A stretch of 64,000 nt of DNA from an uncultured Chloroflexia bacterium. Its GTDB lineage: Bacteria > Chloroflexota > Limnocylindria > Limnocylindrales > CSP1-4. Below, piece by piece: positions 10,476 through 18,520 of this stretch (positions within the stretch are counted from its first letter, which is position 1; each line of letters begins with the position of its first letter). Location: contig CAWGNI010000007.1 in the NCBI GenBank assembly GCA_963823925.1, positions 27,333 through 91,332 of the forward strand. Direction: 5' to 3'. A model generated the notes under the pieces. The model was not told the DNA's origin. It searched no databases and saw only the letters and a program-made list of their open reading frames with translations. The position numbers and the translations under genes are program-made.

Positions 10476-10501
10476 CGCCGCAGGAGGTGTCACAGCGGAC
10501 G

Positions 10502-11822
10502 ATGATAGCGGCCATGACCGAGCGGACCATCCTGCACGTCGACCTCGATGCGTTCTTCGCCGCGGTCGAGCAGCGCGACCGGCCGGAGCTGCGCGGGCGT
10601 CCGGTCGTCGTCGGCGGAGCGGGCGGGGAAGATGCCCGGGGCGTGGTGTCGGCCGCCAGCTACGAGGCACGCCGGTTCGGGATCCACTCGGCGATGTCCC
10701 TGCGCGAGGCGTATCGACGCTGCCCCGATGCCGTCTTCCTGCCGGTCGATGGCCGGCGCTACCAGGCCGCCAGCCGCGACGTCATGAGCATCCTCCGGCG
10801 CTTCACGCCACTCGTCGAACCGATCTCGATCGACGAGGCCTTCCTCGATGTCACGGCCTCGTTCGCCCTGTTCGGTGACGGGCCGCACGATCGGCCGCCG
10901 GATCAAGGGCGAGGTCCAGGCGGAGGTCGGACTGACGGCGTCGGTCGGCGTCGCGAGCACCAAGCTCGTGGCCAAGATCGCATCGGACCTGCGCAAGCCG
11001 GACGGGCTGGTGGTCGTCCCCGTCGGGGAGGAGGCGGCGTTCCTGGCGCCGCTCCCGATCGGCCGTCTGTGGGGTGTCGGCGAGAAGACCGCGGCGGCCC
11101 TGGCCGAGTATTCGGTGCGCACCATCGGCGATCTCGCCGCCCTGCCACCGGACCTCGTCGTACGCCGATTCGGCAAGCACGGAGCGTCACTCGTCGAGCG
11201 CGCCCGCGGCATCGACCCGGATCCGGTCCACGACGGCGATCCGGCGAAGTCGGTCGGTCACGAGCACACGTTCGATGTCGATACGAGCGACCCGGAGGTC
11301 ATCGAGCGAACCCTCCTGGCGATGGCCGAGGGCGTCGCCGGGCGGCTCCGATCGGCCGGGGTCAGGGCGGGCACGGTCACGGTCAAGATCCGAGACGATG
11401 GCTTCCGCACGATCACCCGGCAGCGGACCCTGGCCGAGCCGACCGACCTGACCGACCCGATCTACGCGACCGCGCTCGACCTGGCTCGGCCGGAGCTGCG
11501 CGGGATGCGAGTCCGGCTGCTCGGCGTCACCGCCTCGAACCTCGGGGAGCGCGAACAGCTGGCGCTGTTCGATGCGACCGATCCGCGCCGTCGTCGGGCC
11601 GTCGAGGCGGCCGATTCGCTGCGGCGGCGGTACGGGGAGGGGACCGTCACCCGCGCCCGACTTCTTGGCGCAGGTCTGCCGGCACCGTTCGAACGCGATC
11701 CGCGGAACCCGCTGGATCGTCGGGCCCGTGGCGTTCCGGATGGAAACGACCCATCCGAGCCTCCGTTGCGTGACACCCAAGGTGACACGGAGCTGGACGA
11801 GATTCCACTCGACGAGGCTTGA
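10502..11822 (+). pseudogene. dinB: DNA polymerase IV (Y-family), one frame break
   Basis: [35 protein letters not shown]...[16 protein letters not shown] is in the frame of ORF 10487. It continues as [44 protein letters not shown]...[10 protein letters not shown] in ORF 10848-11822. The junction is at GGGCC near 10870-10880. Start ATG is 10502 or 10514. Confidence 0.8.
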
Positions 11823-11873
11823 CATCGAACACTTGTTCGGTCTAGTCTCCGGTCATAACCGAACAGACGTTCT
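11819..11873 (+). promoter_or_regulatory. Promoter with two LexA (SOS) boxes
   Basis: TTGACA (11819-11824)-tCGAACactTGTTCGgtc-TAGTCT (11843-11848). Box 1 CGAACACTTGTTCG at 11826-11839 lies in the spacer. Box 2 CGAACAGACGTTCT at 11860-11873 lies just past the predicted start site. The layout matches the lexA promoter. Confidence 0.7.
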
Positions 11874-11931
11874 GTCGAACGAGTGCCCCGGACGACACGA
11901 CCCAAGCGCCCCCGGAAAGGAGCCATCCCGC

Positions 11932-12204
11932 ATGGCATTCATCCGAGTCGATCCGGTCCAGGTCCAGGTCCGCACGAACTGGTTCAGCGGTCGCCCGCGA
12001 GAGGTCACCTGGGATGACCAGCGCTGGCCGATCACCCAGGTCATGGCCGTCCGCGAGGAGGCTGCCGCGTACCCGGTCATCAGCGGGCCGCGGACCCTCT
12101 TCGAAGTCGATACACCCCATGCCCGGCTCTCGCTCACGTTCCAGCACCGGTCGCGGCGCTGGACCGTCACGGGGCTGGACGAGGCGCACCGCAAGGCCGC
12201 TTGA
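11932..12204 (+). CDS. Unassigned 90-aa protein under the twin-SOS-box promoter
   Basis: ATG preceded by GGAAAGGAG (11914-11922). Product: MAFIRVDPVQVQVRTNWFSGRPREVTWDDQRWPITQVMAVREEAAAYPVISGPRTLFEVDTPHARLSLTFQHRSRRWTVTGLDEAHRKAA. Third codon positions are G/C-rich. ORF-track entry 11572-12204 starts too early, inside dinB. Confidence 0.6.
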   Translation: MAFIRVDPVQVQVRTNWFSGRPREVTWDDQRWPITQVMAVREEAAAYPVISGPRTLFEVDTPHARLSLTFQHRSRRWTVTGLDEAHRKAA

Positions 12205-12354
12205 TCCCAGGCGGCCGGGACCCTCCCTCCCGGGCTGCCGACCGTCGAGAGTTCGGGGTGGGTGCGCCGGTACCGCGCCCGCCCCGTCCTCCGACTCCTT
12301 CCGCGCTGCGCGACCCTCCGGACCGCGACCCGCCCGCAACCGTACAATCGGCAG

Positions 12355-13053
12355 GTGGAACCCCAAGACACGAGTTTCCGGGACCTGACCGTCGACCAGT
12401 TCGTCGCGCGACTTGCGTCGGCGGACCCGGTACCCGGCGGCGGCAGCGCGTCTGCGATCGCCGGGAGTCTGGGGGCGAGCCTGGTCGCGATGGTCGCTGG
12501 ACTATCCGTCGGCCGCGCGAAGTATGCGGATCACGAGCACCTGCTGCAGTGGGCCGCCGAGGCCGGCCAGCGCCTGGCTGATCGGTTCCTCGTCCTCGCC
12601 GACGACGACTCCGCGGCGTACGGTGGCTTTGCCGCGGCGATGAAGCTCCCGCGCGAGACGGACGAGGAACGCGAATCCCGCGCGCAGGCGCTTCGGGCGG
12701 CCGCCCGAAGCGCGACCGAGGTCCCGTACGCCTGTGTCGAAGCCTGCCTCGAACTCGTACAGATCGCCGAGGCCCTTGCCGGGCGCAGCAATCCGCATGC
12801 CTCGAGCGACCTCGACGTGGCCGCGCTGCTCGGCGAGGCCGCCGCGCGTGGGGCGGCGGCGAACGTCCTGATCAATCTGCCGTCCATCGGTGACCTGGGC
12901 TTCGAGCAGGAGACGATGGAGCGCGTCAGTCGGCTGCTCCATGATGTCGAGCGGCTGGCCTCCGAGACGCATGAAGCGGTCGGCAGTGGACTGGCTCGGG
13001 GACCGATCCCGGCGCCGGATACTGCGCCGGACGCCGACGCCGACCTCGCCTGA
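12355..13053 (+). CDS. Cyclodeaminase/cyclohydrolase family protein (FTCD C-domain-like; formimino-THF cyclodeaminase / methenyl-THF cyclohydrolase)
   Basis: From GTG 12355: [50 protein letters not shown]..., the PxPGGGSAxA signature of this family. TACAAT lies 6 nt upstream of the GTG. Confidence 0.75.
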   Translation: MEPQDTSFRDLTVDQFVARLASADPVPGGGSASAIAGSLGASLVAMVAGLSVGRAKYADHEHLLQWAAEAGQRLADRFLVLADDDSAAYGGFAAAMKLPRETDEERESRAQALRAAARSATEVPYACVEACLELVQIAEALAGRSNPHASSDLDVAALLGEAAARGAAANVLINLPSIGDLGFEQETMERVSRLLHDVERLASETHEAVGSGLARGPIPAPDTAPDADADLA

Positions 13054-13056
13054 TCG

Positions 13057-13971
13057 ATGGCAGATGGCGATGCCCGGCTGCTCGAAGGCAAGCCGATCGC
13101 CGACGAGATCCGGACCGCCGTTACCGAGGACGTCAGCTCGTTCACCGCGATCAATGGCCGGCCGCCTGGACTCGCCGTCGTCATCGTCGGCCGGGACGCG
13201 CCGTCGACCGTCTACCTCGAACGGATCCTGCGTGGCTGCGCCAGGGTCGGGATCAAGGCGGAGTTCGTCGAACTGGAGGGCGAGGCGACCGAACGGACGG
13301 TCGTCAGTGCGATCCGCAAGCTGAACGCCGACCCGACCGTCGATGGGGTCATCGTCCAGATGCCGCTGCCGCCCACGATCCGCCTGCGCGAGGTCATCGA
13401 TGCGATCGACCCGGCCAAGGACATCGACGGCATCCACCCGCTGAATGCCGGGCTGCTCCGACTGGGCTATGACGGGTTCCTCCCGGCCACGGCCCATGCC
13501 GCCGTCGAGATCCTCCGCCAGTCCGGGATCGAGATCGCCGGACGCGATGCGGTCGTGGTCGGTCGATCCGCCGTCGTCGGCATGCCGGCCGCGTTCCTCC
13601 TCGTTCGTGAAGACGCGACCGTGACGGTCTGCCATTCCAGGACCGCCGACCTGGCCGCCCACGTCCGGCGAGCCGACATCGTGATCGTCGCGGCGGGTCG
13701 GCCGGGGCTGATCACGGGCGACGACCTCAAGCCCGGCGCGGTCGTCGTCGATGTCGGGATCAACGTCGTGGACGGCCACATCGTCGGCGACGTGGATCTC
13801 CCGTCGGCCGTCAAGGTCGCCTCGGCGATCACTCCCGTCCCGGGCGGGGTCGGGCCGCTCACGAATGCACTGCTACTCACCCATCTGATCCGGGCCGCGG
13901 AGCGACAGGCGACCGCCCGCCGAGATCCCGCCGCACCGGAACCGACCGCCGCACTTCGAGGAGAACGATGA
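13057..13971 (+). CDS. folD: Bifunctional methylene-THF dehydrogenase / methenyl-THF cyclohydrolase
   Basis: 304 aa with GLAVVIVGRDAPSTVYL, DGVIVQMPLP, VVVGRSAVVGMP and PVPGGVGPLT. Confidence 0.9.
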   Translation: MADGDARLLEGKPIADEIRTAVTEDVSSFTAINGRPPGLAVVIVGRDAPSTVYLERILRGCARVGIKAEFVELEGEATERTVVSAIRKLNADPTVDGVIVQMPLPPTIRLREVIDAIDPAKDIDGIHPLNAGLLRLGYDGFLPATAHAAVEILRQSGIEIAGRDAVVVGRSAVVGMPAAFLLVREDATVTVCHSRTADLAAHVRRADIVIVAAGRPGLITGDDLKPGAVVVDVGINVVDGHIVGDVDLPSAVKVASAITPVPGGVGPLTNALLLTHLIRAAERQATARRDPAAPEPTAALRGER

Positions 13972-15674
13972 GCTTCCCGACCGATCTCGAGATCGCCCGC
14001 GCCGTGACCCCACGTCCGATCGGCGACATCGCCCGAGAGCTTGGCATCGCCGACGACGAGCTCGAACTGTATGGTCCCTCCAAGGCAAAGGTGACCCTCG
14101 ACGCGATCACCCGGCTTGAGGCAGAGCGGCCGCGCGGCAAGTACGTCGTGGTCACGGCGATCACCCCGACGCCGCTCGGTGAGGGCAAGTCGACCACGAC
14201 GGTCGGACTCGCCCAGGGCCTCAACAAGATCGGCCATCGGGCCTCGGTCAACATCCGGCAGCCCTCGCTCGGACCGGTCTTCGGGATCAAGGGCGGCGCC
14301 GCCGGCGGCGGTTACAGCCAGGTCATCCCGATGGAGGACTTCAACCTCCACCTGACCGGTGACGTCCACGCCATCGGGGCGGCCCACAACCTCGCCGCGG
14401 CGTTCCTCGACAACAGCCTCCACCACAAGAACCCACTGGGGATCGACCCACACGGGATCCTCTGGCCGCGCGTCGTGGACATCAGCGACCGGGCTCTCCG
14501 CCACGTGATCATCGGGCTCGGCGGACGCCAGGATGGTGTCCCGCGGGAATCCGAGTTCGTCATCACCGTCGCGTCCGAGGTCATGGCGGTGCTCGCTCTC
14601 GCCACCGACCTCTTCGACCTTCGGGCGAGGCTTGGTCGGATGGTCCTCGCGACGAGGGTCGACGGGACCGCGGTCACTGCGGAGGACCTCGGCGTCGCCG
14701 GCGCGATGACGGTCCTCCTTCGGGACGCCATCAAGCCGAACCTGATGCAGACCCTGGAAGGGGGGCCGGCTTTCGTCCATTGCGGGCCGTTCGGCAACAT
14801 CGCGCATGGCAACAACTCGATCATCGCCGACCGTCTTGCGCTCGTGACCAACGAGATCGTCTGCACGGAGGCCGGGTTCGGGGCCGACATGGGCGCCGAG
14901 AAGTTCTTCGACATCAAGTGCCGCGCGTCCGGCCTGGCCCCGGATGCGGCCGTCGTGGTCGCCACGGTCCGGGCGCTCAAGATGCACGGCGGCGTCGGCA
15001 AGATCGTGGCCGGCAAGCCGCTCGACCCGGCCCTGCTCGAGGAGAATGTCGAGGCGACCAGGCTCGGGGCGCAGAACCTGGCCAAACAGATCGAGAACGT
15101 CACGATGTTCGGGGTGCCCGCGGTCGTGGCGATCAACGCCTTCCCGACCGACACGCCGGCCGAAGTCGAGGCGATCCGCGAGGTCGCCCTGGCATCTGGG
15201 GCTCGGGCGGCCGTGGTCGCGACCCATTTCGTCGACGGCGGTGCGGGTGCGACGGACCTTGCCGAAGCTGTATGGGCGGCGGCATCGGACGGGTCGGCTG
15301 ACTTCAAGCTGCTGTACCCGGACGAGATGCCCCTGGCCGAGAAGATCGAGACGATCGTGACCCGGGTGTACGGGGGCGCGGGTGTCGACTTCCTGCCGGC
15401 CGCGCGCAAGTCGCTCCAGCAATACGAGGAACTCGGGTACGGGAACCTCCCGATCTGCATGGCCAAGTCGCAGTACTCGCTCAGCCACGACGGCTCGCTC
15501 AAGAACCGCCCGACGGGTTTCACCGTCCCGATCCGCGAGGTCCGATTGTCGGCCGGCGCCGGGTTCGTGTTCCCGCTCTGTGGCGAGATGCGGACGATGC
15601 CGGGGCTGCCGTCCCGCCCGGGTGGCGAGCGGATCGACATCGACGCAGACGGGAACACCGTCGGCCTGTTCTAG
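13968..15674 (+). CDS. fhs: Formate--tetrahydrofolate ligase
   Basis: 568 aa with VVVTAITPTPLGEGKSTTTVGL and FFDIKCR. The start overlaps the folD stop (ATGA). Confidence 0.95.
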   Translation: MSFPTDLEIARAVTPRPIGDIARELGIADDELELYGPSKAKVTLDAITRLEAERPRGKYVVVTAITPTPLGEGKSTTTVGLAQGLNKIGHRASVNIRQPSLGPVFGIKGGAAGGGYSQVIPMEDFNLHLTGDVHAIGAAHNLAAAFLDNSLHHKNPLGIDPHGILWPRVVDISDRALRHVIIGLGGRQDGVPRESEFVITVASEVMAVLALATDLFDLRARLGRMVLATRVDGTAVTAEDLGVAGAMTVLLRDAIKPNLMQTLEGGPAFVHCGPFGNIAHGNNSIIADRLALVTNEIVCTEAGFGADMGAEKFFDIKCRASGLAPDAAVVVATVRALKMHGGVGKIVAGKPLDPALLEENVEATRLGAQNLAKQIENVTMFGVPAVVAINAFPTDTPAEVEAIREVALASGARAAVVATHFVDGGAGATDLAEAVWAAASDGSADFKLLYPDEMPLAEKIETIVTRVYGGAGVDFLPAARKSLQQYEELGYGNLPICMAKSQYSLSHDGSLKNRPTGFTVPIREVRLSAGAGFVFPLCGEMRTMPGLPSRPGGERIDIDADGNTVGLF

Positions 15675-15693
15675 GGCGGCAGCGTCCGGGCTC

Positions 15694-15765
15694 GGTCGCG
15701 AGCCGGTCGGGAGTCGGCCGGAGCTGGTCGCGAGCCGGTCGGGTCAGAGACCGCCAGCCGGTCGG
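15694..15765. repeat. Short intergenic direct repeats
   Basis: GGTCGCGAGCCGGTCGGG occurs at 15694-15711 and 15726-15743 (32-nt period). A third AGCCGGTCGG is at 15756-15765. The cluster lies between convergent gene ends. Confidence 0.6.
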
Positions 15766-15780
15766 TCGAGACCGCCCGGG

Positions 15781-16032
15781 TCAGCTGAGGCCGGAGGTCG
15801 CCAGGACGAAACAGGCAGCCACGACCAGGCCGGCGATGACGCCGAGCAGCCCGGCGCCCCAGGCCGCGACGTCGATCGGGCCGAGTGGCTCCTCGGCGTG
15901 GGCGTGATCGTCGTGCCCATGGTCGTCGCCGTGGTCGCCCGTGTCGTGGTGGGTTTCGGCGCCGACGTGGCCGGGAACGTCCGTGTCGTGCGGCATCGTG
16001 CTCATCGTCCGGTGGTCCACCTCCGGCGACAT
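15781..16032 (-). CDS. Small His/Asp-rich protein with a C-terminal transmembrane helix
   Basis: 83 aa (start uncertain; internal ATG at 16005): ...PHDTDVPGHVGAETHHDTGDHGDDHGHDDHAHAEEPLGPIDVAAWGAGLLGVIAGLVVAACFVLATSGLS. Nearly all codons end in G/C, as in the real genes here. Confidence 0.55.
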   Translation of the reverse strand: MSPEVDHRTMSTMPHDTDVPGHVGAETHHDTGDHGDDHGHDDHAHAEEPLGPIDVAAWGAGLLGVIAGLVVAACFVLATSGLS

Positions 16033-16054
16033 TCTGGCAGACCTGGGCGCCGCG

Positions 16055-17359
16055 ATGCTTCCTCCCCGACCTGCCGCCCCTACACTCGCGGACGTGACCC
16101 AGAGCCCTGATCACGGCCTTGTCGCCAGCCTGCGCGGACTCGACCGCGACGGGCGGCTGCTGTTCGCGATGCGCACGCTCCGCATGTTCGGGTACGGGTT
16201 CCTCGCGGTCGTCCTGGTCCTCTACCTCGCGGCTGCCGGCCTTGATCCGCTCGCGGTCGGGATCGTCCTGACCCTGACCCTCATCGGCGACACGTTCATC
16301 TCACTCTGGCTGACGACCAATGCCGATCGCCTCGGCCGTCGACGGGTCCTCGTCGCCGGGGCGTTGCTGATGATCGTGGCCGGCATCGTCTTCGCCTGGA
16401 CCAGCTGGCTGCCGCTCCTGATCCTGGCCGGCGCCATCGGTGTCATCTCCCCGACCGGGAACGAGGTCGGGCCGTTCCTCGCCGTGGAACAGGCGGCCCT
16501 GACCCAGACCGTCCCCGACCGTCGCCGGACCGCAACGTTCGCCTGGTACAACCTCGTCGGCTACGTCGCGACGGCGACCGGAGCGCTCGGTGCCGGCCTG
16601 CTCAGCCAGGCCCTCCTCGACGGCGGCGTGGCCCCGCTGGACGCGTATCGAACGATCGTCCTCGGCTACGCGGTCATCGGCGCGTGCCTGGCGCTCGGCT
16701 TCTGGCGACTCGGCACCGCGATCGAGGCGCCGCCGGCGAGCGTCAGCACCGACGGGATCCGGCGCCGGTTCGGGTTGCATCGCTCCAAGTCGGTCGTCCT
16801 CAAGCTGTCGGTCCTGTTCTCGATCGATGCGTTCGGAGGCGGATTCATCCCGCAAAGCCTGATGGCGTACTGGTTCCATCTCCAGTACGGGGCGGATCCG
16901 GCCCTGCTCGGCGCGATCTTCTTCGCTGCGAACCTGCTGGCCGCGGTTTCGTCGCTGTCGGCGGCGCGGATCGCCGCGCGCTTCGGACTGATCAACACGA
17001 TGGTCTTCACCCATATCCCGTCGAACGTCCTGCTCATCCTCGTGCCGTTCATGCCGACGCTGCCGCTGGCGATCGCGGTCCTGTTGCTGCGCTTCAGCCT
17101 CAGCCAGATGGACGTACCGACCCGCCAGTCGTACGTCATGGCCGTGGTCGACCCAGATGAACGGTCCGCGGCGGCCGGCGTGACCGGCGTCGCCCGAACG
17201 ACCGGTGCGGCGATCTCGCCATCGTTCTCCTCCGTCCTCATCGCCAGCGCCGGCTATGCCGCGGTGCCGTTCTACCTGGCCGGCGGGCTCAAGATCGTCT
17301 ACGACCTGCTGATGTACCGCGAGTTCCGCAACGTCCGGCCGCCGGAGGAGCGCCACTAA
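16055..17359 (+). CDS. MFS transporter
   Basis: About 434 aa from ATG 16055, multi-TM, with the MFS-like loop TNADRLGRRRVLVAGA. The upstream part of ORF 15941-17359 overlaps the His-rich gene. Confidence 0.75.
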   Translation: MLPPRPAAPTLADVTQSPDHGLVASLRGLDRDGRLLFAMRTLRMFGYGFLAVVLVLYLAAAGLDPLAVGIVLTLTLIGDTFISLWLTTNADRLGRRRVLVAGALLMIVAGIVFAWTSWLPLLILAGAIGVISPTGNEVGPFLAVEQAALTQTVPDRRRTATFAWYNLVGYVATATGALGAGLLSQALLDGGVAPLDAYRTIVLGYAVIGACLALGFWRLGTAIEAPPASVSTDGIRRRFGLHRSKSVVLKLSVLFSIDAFGGGFIPQSLMAYWFHLQYGADPALLGAIFFAANLLAAVSSLSAARIAARFGLINTMVFTHIPSNVLLILVPFMPTLPLAIAVLLLRFSLSQMDVPTRQSYVMAVVDPDERSAAAGVTGVARTTGAAISPSFSSVLIASAGYAAVPFYLAGGLKIVYDLLMYREFRNVRPPEERH

Positions 17360-17370
17360 GAGACGGCCCG

Positions 17371-17475
17371 GGCTGCCCGCCCGTGCCGTGCTGCCCGCCG
17401 CCGGACCGTGCTGCCCGCCACCGACCGCCCTGCCGCGCTGCTGCCCGCCCGTGCCGTGCTGCCCGCTGCCGACCG
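17371..17475. repeat. Degenerate GC-rich tandem repeats (GCTGCCCGCC core x5; ~35-nt unit twice)
   Basis: GCTGCCCGCCCGTGCCGTGCTGCCCGC occurs at about 17372-17398 and 17439-17465, with related copies between. The region starts right after the MFS stop. Confidence 0.55.
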
Positions 17476-17711
17476 GCTTGGCCAGTACTTGGCAGTACGA
17501 TCGTGGGTGGACCGCTATGGCAAGAACCCGGGCCTGGTGCGACACGCGGCCGACGCTTCTGGGCGTGGGTCGTGCTCGACATCGGGCGATCCATGCCCGC
17601 AGCGAGCCCAGCTCGGCCGATCATCTGCCATAACGGTCTGTGCAAGAACGTTCTGCCAGGTTTGTCCTGGCCACGGCGGGTGGCGCCCACGTTTCTTGCC
17701 GACCGACGACC

Positions 17712-18389
17712 TCAGGGAGCTGGGTGGTCCCCGTCGCGGCGGCCGGGGCGGCCCGGCATGCCCAGCCGCCACCAGATGAAACCGACGACCGCCACCACCA
17801 CGACGACGGCGATGAGCATGTCGAACGGCTGGAGGGCCTTCCGGATCTGCTCCCAGTTGTCGCCGAGGAGGACGCCAGCCCAGACGAGCAGGCATGACCA
17901 CAGGAACGCACCCGCGGTCGAGTAGATGACGAACGTCGTCAGGCGCATCCGGGCGACGCCGGCCGGGAAGCTGATGAAGGTCCGGACGATCGGCAGGAGG
18001 CGGCCGATGAACACCGTCGCCCCGCCGTGGTCGGCGAAGAACTTGTCGGCCAGCTCGATCTCGTGCGGCCGGATGAGGAGGTACTTGCCGTAGCGCTCGA
18101 GGAACGGACGCCCGCCGTACGCACCGATGGCGTAGGCGACCAGCGAACCGAGCGTGTTCCCGATCGTCGCCACGATGACCACGATCCAGAAGTTCCAGGG
18201 TTGGCCGGTGATCGGCTCCAGCTGGCTCGGATCGGACACCAGGAAACCGGCGTACGGCAGGATCAACTCGGACGGCAGCGGGATCATCGCCGATTCGATC
18301 GCCATGGCCAGCATCACCCCGACGTAGCCGACGGCGCCGTACAGGTTGTTCAGGAACGGGATGACGATCTCATCGATGAAGGCGAGCAC
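17712..18389 (-). CDS. DedA-family membrane protein
   Basis: 225 aa with GYVGVMLAMAIESAMIPLPSELILPYAGF...GRLLPIVRTFISFPAGVARM, typical DedA/SNARE-associated motifs. Confidence 0.85.
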   Translation of the reverse strand: MLAFIDEIVIPFLNNLYGAVGYVGVMLAMAIESAMIPLPSELILPYAGFLVSDPSQLEPITGQPWNFWIVVIVATIGNTLGSLVAYAIGAYGGRPFLERYGKYLLIRPHEIELADKFFADHGGATVFIGRLLPIVRTFISFPAGVARMRLTTFVIYSTAGAFLWSCLLVWAGVLLGDNWEQIRKALQPFDMLIAVVVVVAVVGFIWWRLGMPGRPGRRDGDHPAP

Positions 18390-18411
18390 GCGGACCTCAC
18401 GGGGAGTTCTG

Positions 18412-18482
18412 GGTGGATCGGCGGTTCCGGGTGGAGTGGCGGTTCCGGATGGAGTGGCGCTTCTGGACGGGTGGTGCTTCTG
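18412..18482. repeat. Four tandem ~18-nt repeats in the divergent dedA/hutH control region
   Basis: GGTGGATCGGCGGTTCCG, GGTGGAGTGGCGGTTCCG, GATGGAGTGGCGCTTCTG and GACGGGTGGTGCTTCTG, arranged head to tail. Confidence 0.7.
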
Positions 18483-18520
18483 ACCGGGCGCGGCCGAGCA
18501 TAGCCGACTATCCTCGGGCG

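Noticed and set aside
12205-12214. TCCCAGGCGG, the reverse complement of the CCGCCUGGGA element conserved in ZTP (pfl) riboswitches, just upstream of the folD-fhs operon
   Set aside because: It is on the wrong strand for the downstream operon. I could not find the rest of the pfl motif. The first gene of the operon appears leaderless, which leaves no room for a riboswitch.
17645-17654. AGAACGTTCT palindrome as a possible LexA site
   Set aside because: The half-sites are right but there is no 4-nt spacer (GAAC-N0-GTTC). It also lies between convergent 3' ends, not in a promoter.
18390-18520. An N-terminal extension of DedA, or a separate peptide, encoded by the 18-nt repeats (hexapeptide repeats ATPSGT/ATPPGT, or GSGWSG on the other strand)
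   Set aside because: There is no start codon in the DedA frame upstream of GTG 18389. DedA proteins normally begin where this one does. The repeat frames on both strands lack SD or start signals.
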